Under the pieces are notes generated by a model. The model saw nothing but the letters and a program-made list of their open reading frames with translations. It ran no database searches and was not told the origin of the DNA. The position numbers were made by a program, and so were the translations under genes. A stretch of 64,000 nucleotides of DNA from Tubiluchus corallicola. Taxonomy: Eukaryota > Animalia > Priapulida. Of the stretch, positions 51,540-64,000 are shown in pieces; position 1 is the first letter of the stretch, and the number at the start of each line of letters is the position of its first letter. The stretch is from assembly GCA_030141605.1 (NCBI GenBank), contig JAQGDQ010000027.1, positions 124,001-188,000 on the forward strand. The letters run 5' to 3'.

Positions 51540-54139
51540 CAAGGAAAAACTAGCCACAGTTCTGGCACATTATTTTAAACATTTTCAGTTACGCCTTTAT
51601 AGTGAAAAAATGTGAGCATCCATGTCAATTTGCTTAGCAAGATCAGTCAAAGTTAACAAAATCTTTAATTTTTTGATCGATAATGCAGTCTTTATATAAC
51701 AGCAAAAATGCAGTGTCACTTAAAATAAAAGCATTGCATTGTGCAGCACTTTGTACTGGGTAACAAAGTCCACAAGTTTATGCGTTCATATCGCACAGCT
51801 ATTCAATTAGGAGTTCAACAGTTTACTAGATTATTAAATCTTAAAAGTTTATTGACTTTTTCATCTTAAATTAGGTTTAAATGAAACTCGCGTGATAAAA
51901 ATACAGCTAAAGAAACTTAACTTTTTCGTTGAGCATGTATTACGTCATGATTATACGTCACTACACTATACAAAAAATAGAGACAATCAAACAAATTTTA
52001 CGAGAAACAATATTGAATCTAAAATTGCATTACAACAGATGCAATGTTGTTTCTTGTATATTACCACAATTGTCTCTATTTTTGTACGTCGTTTAGGCTT
52101 GCGAATCCTCTTTTTGGGGTAACTTCCGGTTGCTATGAAACACCGAGGTGCTTAGGAACATTACAAGCTCAATTTTATGCACCTCATTTTTACTCATAAA
52201 CGTTACATCATGTATTATTAAGCGTGTTTTTGGGAGCTAGACTTGGAATTCAATCAGATGAACGCTTGTAATTGAAGCTCTTTCCACAAATCAATCATAA
52301 GTAATTCAATTGCGGCACTCGATTCAAACTGACACTAAGATTCTAGGTGGGTCATTCATCATCTGATTCTGTTATAACTTGAAAGTGTCTGCAGCGTTTT
52401 GTACAAATTTTCGCTTGATACTCGATCTGGTGTAGCACACTCAGTAGGACGTGGGAACTTGGGAAGCCCAGTAGCCCAATGCTGAAGTATTAGACACGGG
52501 AAGCCCAGTGATGCAGCTGCTAATGCTGCAGTGCAAATGAGGCGAAAAGCGGACAGTGACAAACACTGATGTTATGTGCGTTATATGTGAATTTCATAAG
52601 CGTATCGTTACTGTGATCGTAAAGCGAGTTCATAGAGGATGAATACAGACGAAGCGTGCTACGATTAAGCACTGAAATATATCCACGTTACAGACAACAT
52701 ATTCATAATAATTCACAAGCTTCTTATCTATACCATCAAGTTATCACAGTAAGTTGATATGTAAGTATATACGCTAAATTAATACGTATGATTATTGCCT
52801 TAATTTTAAGCTTTTTTCCTGCATTCTTAATTAAATCGAGAGCTAATGTAACTTGTACGTTAATGCTTTAAAGTCAGAAGAAGCCGAAAAGTTCGGTACG
52901 TTCATGTTACATTTTATTGGATTATGCTTAAGCTAAGTTGCAAGTTTAGTAGAGTGTGTGCGGGTAGATTGCTAGAAGGCTTTTTCGGGAGGAATTGTAG
53001 AGTGACGATTGGGAACTTTGTGATGGTTGGGTTCTGAGCTTTATTCATTTATATAGGCAATACAGCAATGATTACATCGATTTAAGCCATTTAAAAACAA
53101 CGCTTTTAACGACAAATCTGTCTTAGAAATTTATGCCATTCAAATAAAAACGATCACATCACATTTTGAAACTTTTTTGGGCAATGAAATTCGGTCAGTA
53201 CCTCCAGCGAATTTCTAAAATGAAACATTTAAAAAATTGCCATGATTTCAGTGATGAAATTTTAGGAAATTTAAGGCTGATGTATAAATATGGTACACCT
53301 ATGGTATGATATGAATATGCTAGTTTCAAATTGCCACAAAAAGCGGTTGTTTGGCCATTCTAAAGACCGGGATATCATTTAGCTTGTAGTTACCTATACG
53401 GCAATTACTTTTTCTCCAACTTGCTAACAATCCTTTGAAGTCAGCCTTAACTTCATTTGCTAACCCCAAAATCCTTGAAAATTGAAGAACAAGCCTGACG
53501 AGTAAAGATTAGTTTTAATTTCTGACCCTTTGTAATTACCGAATTTTGCAATCAGCTGTTGTATACGCTGCTCGATCAAAGCGTCTTTGAGGGATTACAT
53601 CGATTAGCTACAATAATGCGCATTATTCCGCCAGCAGTATATACGTGCAAAAATCTTTTTCTGAGACGAGAATAAAAGTCTGGGTAGGGAAGATAAAATT
53701 ACTCCTAGACTTCCCCGGGAATGTGGGCTTCCGGGTCATCTTTTCTTTAAAACGGTTCCGCTTTCACGGTTTAGTAAACTGAACACTCTCTTCAAAAGCG
53801 CAAGTTAGAGCTCAATATGAAACCACATTAGAAGATTATTCCCTTTCAGAGCTGCAACATTTTAGTAAACATCCTTTTAGAAAACTCTAAGCAAATATCG
53901 GCTGTGATCACAAGAGAAATGCAAACACTGGCAAGCTGTAAAGAAATATATAAAACGGTTTGCTTGAAGTATGATGTATATTTAATGCTTCCTGTCAAAG
54001 TTCAAGTGAGTGCGCTTCTCACGATTCTAGAATTTGAATATCTATCACACAGTGTAATGATTCCATTAAATCATTGCGTATGAAAGGCTATTAAAAAGTA
54101 AGTTTTTTATATGCATGAGTGTATGTAAGTTTTTTATTT

Positions 54140-54297
54140 GAAAGCTTTTATGCAGTCAAAACGAACTACCGTGAGACAATCTGAACTGCACTACTTTCTT
54201 AATCCTTAAGTGAGATTTCTTAAGCAGTCTTTGAGACGTACTTATTCAGTTACGCCGATCTGATAAAGATAATGTTCATTTTTAACTACTATTTTTA
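54140..54297 (-). repeat. Repeat family C, right (inverted) copy
   Basis: gaaagcttttatgcagtcaaaac...aagtgagatttcttaagcagtctttgagacgtacttattcagttacgcc. Confidence 0.9.
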
Positions 54298-55002
54298 CTA
54301 TTACAGAACTACGAAAGAGACCGAACGTTATAACAAGCAACTTGAATGCCTGTCGTAGTATTACAGTCTGCTATAGTATTATGCTAGGTGATTATTCACC
54401 TACCATATCTCTTGTTGTTACATATTATTGGTATTGATTTCCGTTCAATGGATCCGACGAAATTATTAATTATGTACCCTATGTGTGAATCCCATTATAC
54501 TTGCAGTTTCTACTTGCAAGTTTTGGTATATAATAAATACCATCCCTCTATAATTGCATCGATACTTGTACATAGCTGCAGTGTAGTGGTGAATGCAAAG
54601 TGGTGTATACAATTGAAGCATAATTCATGTTGTCCTTTGTGCTTAGGTTATGTTATGAACCTTTGTTTCACGAAGCAGTAAGTGCACATTTTACAGTAAA
54701 TGCATACACTAACATGTGCGTTCACTCGGCTCACATATCTTGCTTTATTATATAGCATTGAGCTAGTATTCAGACTCCTATCCTGTGTAGACATGGGGTG
54801 AAATTGATAGTCTGCACTTTTGGCACTTTTGAGTAATCTGCATAATGCCAAATGGTTGAAATGCAGAATACTAGATGCCTTTATTTTATTTTTGCTTCTA
54901 TCGTAAATATGGCATGCCAAGATTATCATTAATGATGTTACGAACGCACAATTAATGAGATTTTGATCATAAATTTGAAACGCAAAAACATGTCAAAAAG
55001 TT

Positions 55003-55079
55003 GGGGTACCGCCTGGATTTGAACCGGAGACCTTCTGTTCGCATTAGAGATTTTTGCACCACATTTTATCCTAGACCAC
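55003..55079 (-). pseudogene. tRNA-like fragment (3' half), followed by T5
   Basis: Minus strand gtggtctagg...aacagaaggtctccggttcaaatccaggcggtacccc-aacttttt. The T arm/B box is recognisable but the acceptor stem does not pair. Shares aacagaaggtct with 36952-37016. Confidence 0.5.
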
Positions 55080-58000
55080 ATTTTTTCATGTTTCCAGTCA
55101 TTCAAGCTTTGTATAAAAATTTAATTAACTATGAGTTTGCAATATCATAGTATGAATTTTACCTTTATGACATTCATTATCTTAATCCACGTCTTTTCAA
55201 CTGCATCATTGTAATCATGGCAGCTTATACTGTTATTCTTTCATGCATGTAATCGCTTTATATGTTACTGTAAGCTTTAATCATGAACAAATTTGCGAAT
55301 TACATTTTCCATAATTTAAATTCTGCAGAAATTGAAATAGTATAAGAAGATAATACGATGAAAATGCAATGGCATAAATGAGATACTGTTGCAAACAGCT
55401 GCAGGTGGAAATGGGTCACTGAAATATGATATGTAGGCCTAGCCAGAATTTGAGCCACACCAATAAATCTTTTTATGTGAGTCGTAGTCCACAAGATTGT
55501 CTCATTTTTTTCTTGAAAACAAACCTTTATCAGTGCTCCATCTATTGTGGTGAACATCATGATGCAAACTAGTTGATTTCTTTGTTTTGCTTGCACGTAT
55601 TGAACGCTATATACGTCAACGCGGCTGTTTCAATTGATGATTAGCTGACATTGTTCCAGCGTTTAAACTTTGAACATGCAAAAGAATTTCGACCTAAGCT
55701 TAAAAACTACTAAAGCTATAAATGTGTAACTTTCTCAGCCAAAAGCTAATGTATTGTGATATCCTGAAACTCCAACTTTGAAGGGTACTTTCCTCTAATA
55801 TTTTAATTGCTCTTATGCTGTTTTGTAATTTGATCAAATATGCAGTTTTCAACTTTCCATATCATCGCAGGTATACACTAGCAATACGTTCTGGCAGTGA
55901 TATACTGAAGCCTATAACAGAGCAAAAAATGGCGTTTTGACAAAGCGGCAGTGCCTGCAGATTATTTAATACAGTTCAATTAGTGTTCCATTACGAGCAG
56001 ATTATGTGAAGCCGTGAACTTGTTGTAAATTCATAGTTAGAATGGGGCCGATTTATGAAGTTAATAATGTTGAAATGTGTTTCAAAACCCCAAAAGAAAT
56101 TTTCAGTAGGAAAGTGTGGATGGTTGGTTGAAAAGTTACAGAAGTCCATATTTTAATGTTCGTAGTGTCCATCCCGCTTACACTGAAAACTCACTACCCG
56201 CTAGTTTGATACTCAGCACCGCAGCCTGAGAGCCCTCGACCTCATCGCGACAGCCTCAATACCCTCGACCTGATAGCCTGCAACTAGGAATGTCAAAGTT
56301 GTGAGTTCGACCACACTAGTGTGTGCTAATTGATCTAATGGAAATCTATACGTTTTACTGCACGTACAAATTTCAAATTACTCACTGACTCGGTATTTGG
56401 CCATTTCGCGCCCGAGTGAGCAGTAAGTCGCCTGCAGTCTTGTTTACTGCTGTGCGTAAGTGTTTGAAGAGTGTCCACTTTTACTGTTAATGGGCAAGAA
56501 TACATGAATACCGTAACAGCATAAATAGCCCCCCTCCAACTTGGGCTGTGAAACAGAAGCTGAACCCTCAAGACAAGAAAGTCTGTCCTGTTGTTATTAT
56601 AAACGTTGACTGTAGTCGTATTGGAGAAGTTTTTCTAGAAGCCACTTGTGACATGGTTAAAAGTGCGCTCATATGTTACATAGTTTTATGGTAGTAGCAG
56701 CAGAAGCAGCAGCAATATTTATGCAGGAGTTGCAACAGGTAGTGGAAGTGGTAGTGACAGTGGTAGTAGTAATAGCAGAAGCAGCCGTAAATTTTATATT
56801 CAGAGTTTTACAATGTGGGCGATACACGTTTATAATTTCAACCGAATAAAATATTTAATGTTCAAAAACTTCTCATTTTTCTTGCAGTAAAATAACCTAT
56901 TACATATTATGTTATGACACGAACATGCAAAACGCACAAACTTTTTGTTAAATATTACTAACATTTGAAAATACGAGCCAGCCCAGGTAGGTACATTAGG
57001 TCTATTTACCCAACTACTTGCAACAATAACAACGCCACTGTGTCTTTAAATCTGCGCCATATGGCACTTCAGAACTCTGCTAAATTTCCTTTCCACTCCA
57101 TAAAACTGATCGATTTTCGCCCCCTGAAAAACCAGAAATATTAATTTTTTAATGCGCTGTTATTATACTAATGGTGTGAAGTGTAAAGATTCTACCTTTA
57201 TTTCAAGCCGATCTGCAGGTAGCCAGCCACGTGGTGAGTATTGAAAATCTATACAAACATGGTGTATACCTGCTGCCGAGAGAATAATGATATTTACTGA
57301 AAGGATACGTTTATGTACTCAGCAGTTTTGCGTGTTAAAACGTTCAGCTTGTAATCCTTTTGTCTCTTAGTTTGTAATCCGATTCCATCATGCTGTCAGA
57401 ATGAAACGACATTGTGACTAATTCAGCTATAGAAAGAGTGAATGTTATTTGCTAGGAATAACAAGTTGTGGCAATTTAAGCGAGGAAGCCGAAAATGCGT
57501 GTGTATTTATTACGACTCTCTGTGACTAGACCTCTTAACTATAATAACAATGCTTGGTAGAGTCAGACGCAAGAATCTATCCTCGAAGGACTAATTTTAT
57601 ATGGGGATTTTCACACGTTCTCTTGTTCCCCAAACTTGTAACCGTCCGCCATTTTTGGCTTCGCCCGGCAATGTTTTGTTGTGCAGTTGTGCCACCTTTG
57701 CAATGATCAATAGGTAGTTTTACGCAGCCGCTTCCTGCATTCCGGAAATTCAGCAGTTTTGTTCCGCTAAAGGCAGGAAGAAGCCGATGAAACGACTGTG
57801 GATTTTATTTGTCAACACTTGCTGTAAAGGGAATTCACCAAATGCGAACTTGGATTGCGAATTTGCAGAAAGATATTTTGCAAATGAGAGGATATGAGTG
57901 AACCTCACAAATGCACTGAAAAGAGGTCCTGGGTCTATTGGTGTAATCGGTGTATATGCGTTTGTCCTCGTATTAAAGCAGCACGGATGCAAACTTTCAA

Positions 58001-59956
58001 ATCTGTTAATGTTCATTGTACTTGTATAATGCAATTACTATATCTGATTAAGAAGCTTGGTTAAATTGTACATTAATGTAAGACTCGGTTCTGTCCTATG
58101 ACATTCCACACGTTCCAGTCAGGAGTCAACAGTCGAGAATGCTTTTCAGCGCTCTGGCTTCTTATTGTTGTTGTTGCTGTTGTTGCTCCGTGGAGTCAAA
58201 ACAATTAGACGTAATTGTAATAAAACGTGCAGTATTTACTAAAATTTGAGGCTAGGGGTATAGCACCGAAGCTGGTCAGCGAGTGGTTGGGTGAACCACC
58301 TCAATTCTGTTTCTGCGCGATTTCATTTTACATTTATTTATTCATTTGGCACAATATTACAGTAACTGTACAAAAGATTACAATTATAAATTGAAAATGC
58401 ATTGCAATGTTATGAGCGCAGCTCAACATGGATAGGCCATTCGCCGATTTTACCTCATAAGGGATAATGTATTCTCATCTGAACTTAGATGAGGCATATC
58501 TACTGGTTCTGGTGTACCGGTCTTGCCACCACCATCCAATTTGAGTAGAACGTGCAGAATTCCGAATTGTATAACAGAAAGCTGTGACACGTTGCTAGTT
58601 TTTCAGAGAGAGAGAGGTAGATCTATAGTTTAGAGCGCTGGTAATTAAATCAGATAGTCTACGAAACTTTTTCTGAAATCTGATAAATCACTGGACTAAT
58701 CCCGTCGTAACCGCCTGCCGTCTGCTCTGCACATTAATTGCTTTTAATTAAGATGCTTACCGGTTATTTATGGGCGAACTTAGTGATAAATATGCTTAGT
58801 AACTGTAGCGCCAAGGGTTATTTACATCTAGAATGATGTTTATAAATCAAATCATTATAAGATCGGCAGGAGAGGAGTACTGTGCTCGAAAGTAGCAGAA
58901 CTTGTGAACAGTTTGGACAAGGAAAACACTGCATGAACACAATATTCTCAACTTGTAAAGTTACAATAAGACTTTCTTATTTCCGTTAAACACCATGTGC
59001 TAGCTTTGGTAATATAAAGCGCGTCACCTCAGCCGAAATGCGAGGAAAGTCAGTGCGTAAGGAATGCAGTATTGGTCCGGAAGACGAATTGGTTACTGAC
59101 TTACTGGGTTTTTTTCTAGTGCTTGGATATGCCATTTAGAATTAGAACACGATTTACCATTGCCTTGGAATCCGTTTTTACGTAAAAATTTAGAACACGA
59201 AGTAACTCTATTGTGGAGTCGCAATATAAAATTTGCTTAAAGCTTGTTACATAAACAATGGGAACCGGCGTCACGGCGAAGGTTACTTCTTTGTAGAGTA
59301 ACCCAAAAATCAGGACTTGCTAGAGGGCGAATTCATCAATAGTTAAATGAACCAGAAATATTACATAAACGTTTTGAGCAAGAATTTCGGAAAACATGTT
59401 GTTATGAAAGGCTGGTTCTACAAGCTCCGTTGTGCACGCCAGGTGCGTCCGTGCAGGTGAAAAGAAAATTACCTGAATTCCTAATGATAATTGCATAAAT
59501 ATATGCATTGTGTCACAGTTCTGTAGCCCTATAAGTACAATGTGGTAATCTTTGCGTGTCGACGCATTACCAGGTATTTAAACGGGTTGTGGTAACCCTG
59601 TAGATTTTAACGTCTGACCCTTTCACTAACAGTTTAAATATAAACTGATAACAAAGGAATTTTAACTGTGTTTGCGTCTCTTTCCAATATTTCTAGAAGT
59701 AATCATTAGCACACATGAGCAAAAATGTATCAGGGTATGAATCATTTTTGTATGTCGCAGCACATAGTAGTAGTAGTGGCGGTGGCGGTCTTTATTATAG
59801 ACATTAACATCTACATCGTCATCTACATTATCATCTATTATTATCTACATTGACACAATCACTTTAAAGTAATCAATGAAAATGCAAGATTTCTTCAGTA
59901 AATTCAAACACCGAAAAATTAATTACTCTCTCGAAAAATACATCATAATTGTTTAG

Positions 59957-59982
59957 TATATATATATATATATATATATATA
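59957..59982. repeat. (TA)n microsatellite
   Basis: Directly visible. Confidence 0.9.
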
Positions 59983-60721
59983 TGAACAACAGACCTCTTT
60001 CGTTGGCTGTACTGCGACAAAGAAGAGGCAACCTTAATTGTAGCTAATAATTAATTATTTTGCTGTCCATATTCAATACAAATCCGCTCAGTTCAGAGGC
60101 ATTTTAACAGAATCACTTTTACAAGATTTCAAATAATATATTTGTACCCTTGGGAAGGCCACTGACAAACTGTTATCCTGTCGTGAACCTTAGAAACGAC
60201 ATAAAATAAATGGCGCGCAACTAAATAATTTTCTACGTCCTAAACAATATTGATGATGATAACCTGTCAAATTTAAATAAATAATGTTCAAAAATTATTG
60301 CTGGCGATTATGTTGACTGGGTGGCATTTATCTTGTAGTTTCCAGGGAAAACTTTATAAACTAATCATTTGTCTCCAGGAAGACCTTTCGCCTAGAGGTC
60401 CTCCGAGGAAATCCGTGTTTAAATTGGCGCACTAATTCATTTACTGACAGTCCTGAGCACACGAAGCCATGTGAATAACGTACAAGATTGGATGAGTAAC
60501 TCTTCAATATCTAACTTATTCATTAGAACGTATTGGCTTGATATGTTAGACATGACCGTACACATGTTCTCCTTTGTTACTCTGTCTGTTCGCATAGAGG
60601 AACTGCATTGAATGTCCTAGAGTAAAATTACACTACTGTGATTTTCTCTTAATGTGGCAGAAGCCAACAATTATTAACGTAAATATATGTAAAAATGGTG
60701 TACTTGAAGTACTTCTCCCAA

Positions 60722-61116
60722 ACGATCGTCTAGTAAGAAACGTTCCCCCATATTAACTCGTAACTCTTCATCCCGACAGAGGCGTCTGTAAAAGAGACCT
60801 GCGTCACCGTATATAGCCCAGTTTGTCCTCTTTCCAAAGGGCTATCATTTTCCTTAAAGACCAAACGCCGCTAGAGCGTTTTTTCTACACGACAATGAAC
60901 AGAAAAACGGCCATTTTGGAGATCATTTTCCCGGCTCAAGTGCAACACAGTTCACAAAAAATTCTCTAGCACCATTTGGTCTTGGGCCAAAACTTATAGC
61001 TGGTTGGGAAGAGAAAAACGCGTGCTATATGATGACGTAGATCTGTTTTACAAATCCCTTTACCAGGATGAAGAGCTACGAGCTGGTTTGGGGGAACGTT
61101 TTTTCTGGACACCCTT
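60722..61116. mobile_element. Palindromic MITE with a Tc1/mariner-like terminus
   Basis: aaacgttcccccatattaactcgtaactcttcatcc is inverted with ggatgaagagctacgagctggtttgggggaacgttt. The right end reads ttttttctggacaccc (cf. TACAGGGTGTCC termini). Confidence 0.75.
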
Positions 61117-62271
61117 GGATGAGTTGTTATTTATTTTTATAAAGTAATTATGTACTGGCTATCAAAGTTATATGCGGAAAAGTTGCGCAGTTTAACGAAG
61201 TTATAATTTCATGCGGAATTGTTGCACAGTTATATTAAGAAATCCTCTGCTCAAGCTTCTACTTAAACCCCATATTTCAACCTAGACGAATTCTAGAGCA
61301 AGTCTGAGGATTTGCTGCCATTTCACGCAAACCTTAAGCCTCTTGACAAGCCATGCGCATTTTGCTGAATGTCTTATAATGTGGTTACACTCAAGCAACT
61401 ATAGCCTTGCACTGCTGGTGATTGATTGTCTGTAGGATTCTACTTGACTGACGTGCCACACACTTTACCAGTCAAGTGTTTTCACCTTTAGTTTCATCAA
61501 TGTACCCATAAAGGCTATCATAAGTCAAGCCTGGTAGGAGGTTCTGCCATTCTGGAGTGCGTCAAAGGCGTGAATACAGTAACTATTTTCTATAATATGT
61601 TTTTCCATCAGGCTAATTTACTTTGGAATTAAAGGCAGTATCGTTTTAGCCTGTTGCAGTAAGAAATTTATTTGTTTTAGCGAATGTCAGAAGTAAAGTT
61701 TATTTACCCCTTGCAAGTCACAATCAATTTCGGAGTTCTGTTATTCCATGGTCTGTGTGTCTAACCCATTAAAGACTGTCCGCTCAGCGGGCATTCGTAG
61801 TATTTCATACGGCTGACCACTGGTCAGTACACTTCGATGTCTGACAACCAGCTGCGTGTTTGTCGGAATGTACCCACTACAAACATGCGAGTATGAGTTA
61901 AGTTTACACTTTTGTATCATGTTACTTAGTGAGGCAGTGACGAGCTTTCTGACATGCCGTCTTTGCGGTGATCTATGTTGTGGTTAATTCAATCAAAAGT
62001 GGACGCTTGTGGTGCATTAATTGTGCACTCGCTGTTATTCCAATGCTGGAATTTCCTGTATTAGAACTACTCTTGACTACCAGGATGAATGAAGACGGGT
62101 GAATCGTGCCTGGTCAACTGCCAAGTTTTTTTTAAAGGAACGAGCGAGTTTGCGTAAATATCCCGAAATTTGGATACCTAGAAGAAATCCTAATGATTCA
62201 CAAGAAATATTTTTTACTCTGAAATGATTTGCGTGGTGCCAAAGTATTGTCAAATTCAATTATTTTGGTAA

Positions 62272-62411
62272 AAAATTTGGGAAATAGTTACAATTCCCAC
62301 ACAATTTAAATACCCTAACCCTAACTCTAACACTAATCCTAACTCTAATCCTAATCCACTTAACGAACTGATTTCTGGTGTGTGGGGAATTGTGAACTTT
62401 AGCCAAAATTT
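62272..62411. mobile_element. MITE with a CCCTAA-like core (family D)
   Basis: aaatttgggaaatagttacaattcccacaca is inverted with tgtgtggggaattgtgaactttagccaaaattt. Core ccctaaccctaactctaacactaatcctaactctaatcctaa starts at 62313. Confidence 0.75.
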
Positions 62412-62593
62412 GTAGGAATCCCCTAATTAATTAGGACTGCTTAATTAAATAACCAGCTACTAAAATGTATTATAAGCACAAAAGAATGTACCGAAATCTA
62501 TTTTCCTTGTCAGCTATGAAAAAATAAGATATAAGTGTAATGGTATTTACGCATTTCGTGAACAACAACAGTAATGTTTTATTTTTCTTTCAG

Positions 62594-62722
62594 TTTACAT
62601 GCACAAAAACTTGTGATTGGTTGATTGTGGATCCTTAATTAGCCTGTGAGGCAGTCATTACGTAAAACCTTACAAAATTTCACTGTCAAAGATGCTAAAA
62701 TAGCCAGAGTAAATCCAAACTT
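62594..62722 (+). other. 5' UTR part of the exon carrying ATG 62723; implies upstream non-coding exon(s)
   Basis: Begins at a polypyrimidine tract plus CAG acceptor. Stops are in frame with the downstream ATG. Confidence 0.6.
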
Positions 62723-62918
62723 ATGGACGGACCCCAGCACTGGTTTGAAGGATCTAACTGGAGGCAAGCGCCCGCTACGCATGCCAGAATGAGGCGACAG
62801 AGAAGCAAAGAGTTGAATCATCAAGGAGACAGCTCTTCTGGAGATGAGAATAATGAGCAGTTCACACCAGAGGAGGTTTCTAGAGGAAGACCAAATCGAC
62901 ATGTACAAACAATGAATG
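62723..62918 (+). CDS. Initial coding exon of an unidentified protein (MDGPQHWFEGSNWRQAPATHARMRRQRSKELNHQGDSSSGDENNEQFTPEEVSRGRPNRHVQTMN-, phase 1); the gene continues beyond this exon
   Basis: Strong acceptor ttttatttttctttcag ends at 62593 (exon starts 62594). In-frame stops lie upstream of ATG 62723. 65 open codons follow, more GC/purine-rich than the flanks, ending at donor G|GTGAGT (62919). Composition is hydrophilic, like a disordered N-terminus. Family not recognised. Confidence 0.7.
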
Positions 62919-63580
62919 GTGAGTTGAATATTATAACAAAGTCTCATTGAGACACAAAATCTTAATTAGACAGTTAGAATTAAATATAGCGCAGTAACTA
63001 TAATTATTATGATGTAGTTTTTCCACACGTTGCACATATTTTTGCGTAGTTATTTTTAAAGGCTATTTAAATGGTGAACTGTGATAAGCCATGTTTCAAC
63101 GGTTTATATATGTAATTAACAATTAATAAAATTTTACGCCAACTGGGATATTCTGACTCATCACAGCTCAATGTCTCAAAAACCTATCATTGAGGTCATT
63201 TAGTGTACATTTTTTGTTACAACAAAACATAACAAACATGGATAAATGTAGTCCTTTTCATTATCAAAGTAAACTGACAAAGTGGGATAAAAAAGTTTTG
63301 AATGTAGTATTTTAACTAAAAATACAGAGCAGTTTCCTCTTGTTCTGGTTTGCCAATTACAGAGAAACAACACTTACATTTTTTACAGGAAAGGATTTTT
63401 TGCAGGATATACAGACACGACAGACAGACAGGCAGGCAGGCATAGATATTTGTTTCTGAAAATCAAATTTTTACATGAAAAATTTACGTAATCGATGTAT
63501 ATCCGACGGTTTTCAAATAATATCAAACATCTACTCAACGTAGCTGCACAAAGTATTTAAGCAGATATGCAAGTTTTGAA

Positions 63581-63947
63581 ATTAACTCGTATCTTAGTTA
63601 TTGTATCTCTTAACTCGTATCTCGTAACACGTTTCAAGATAGAAGCGTTTATAAAAGAACGCCACATCACCATATAACCCTGTTTCTCCTCTTTCCAGAG
63701 ATCTATAAATTTCCCTTCAAGACACCCACCAAGCGCTGCTATGACTTTTTGCGTACAGAATTCCGACAATGAGTAACAAGAATGACCTTTCTATGGCGTT
63801 CTTAGGGGAACATCATGCAGTACAACGTCGTGGTGGGGGTTAGTGGGGACTTGGAGAGAAATTTATAGTGTTGTGGAAAGAGGAGAACAGCTACACGATG
63901 ATGGCTACGAGTACGAGTTAAAATGGGGAAAATTCTGGATGGCCCTG
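63581..63947. mobile_element. Palindromic MITE with a Tc1/mariner-like right end (ccctg|TA)
   Basis: tgtttctcctctttccagagatctataaatttcccttcaag is inverted with cttggagagaaatttatagtgttgtggaaagaggagaaca; ttaactcgta pairs with tacgagttaa. The left boundary is uncertain. Confidence 0.7.
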
Positions 63948-64000
63948 TATATCATAACAAGCTTCTGCGATGATGTCTCCTCAAGTATTAAATACGGTGG

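Noticed and set aside
59040-59060. gaggaaagtc, resembling the RNase P RNA conserved region
   Set aside because: The motif is incomplete and no matching 3' P4 strand was found.
60967-60980. tagcaccatttg, resembling the miR-29 5' end (similar partial hits to miR-10 near 59597, miR-7 near 20859 and miR-92 near 21054)
   Set aside because: Only 11-12 nt match, the 3' halves diverge, and no precursor hairpin was seen.

Overview
AT-rich eukaryotic (animal) genomic DNA that is almost entirely non-coding. It has no prokaryotic features: no operons, CRISPR array, rRNA or intact tRNA. TTAGGG-type cores and the repeat families suggest a non-arthropod invertebrate, possibly a tunicate (inference only). 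The best-supported coding feature is an initial coding exon on + (ATG at 62723, GT donor at 62919) of an unidentified protein that continues beyond the window. Upstream lie several isolated exon-like segments with strong splice signals, two of which join in frame into an unrecognised 145-aa ORF. The rest is microsatellites, one 23-bp minisatellite, degenerate retroelement relics (CR1/L2-like, RTE-like, zf-RVT-type, Penelope-like), tRNA-derived SINEs, Helentron/DINE-like elements and many palindromic MITEs. Notable patterns are one internal MITE module shared by elements with different terminal types, MITEs with telomere-like cores, and two long-range inverted repeat pairs. All alignments were done by eye, no database search was run, and element boundaries are approximate.
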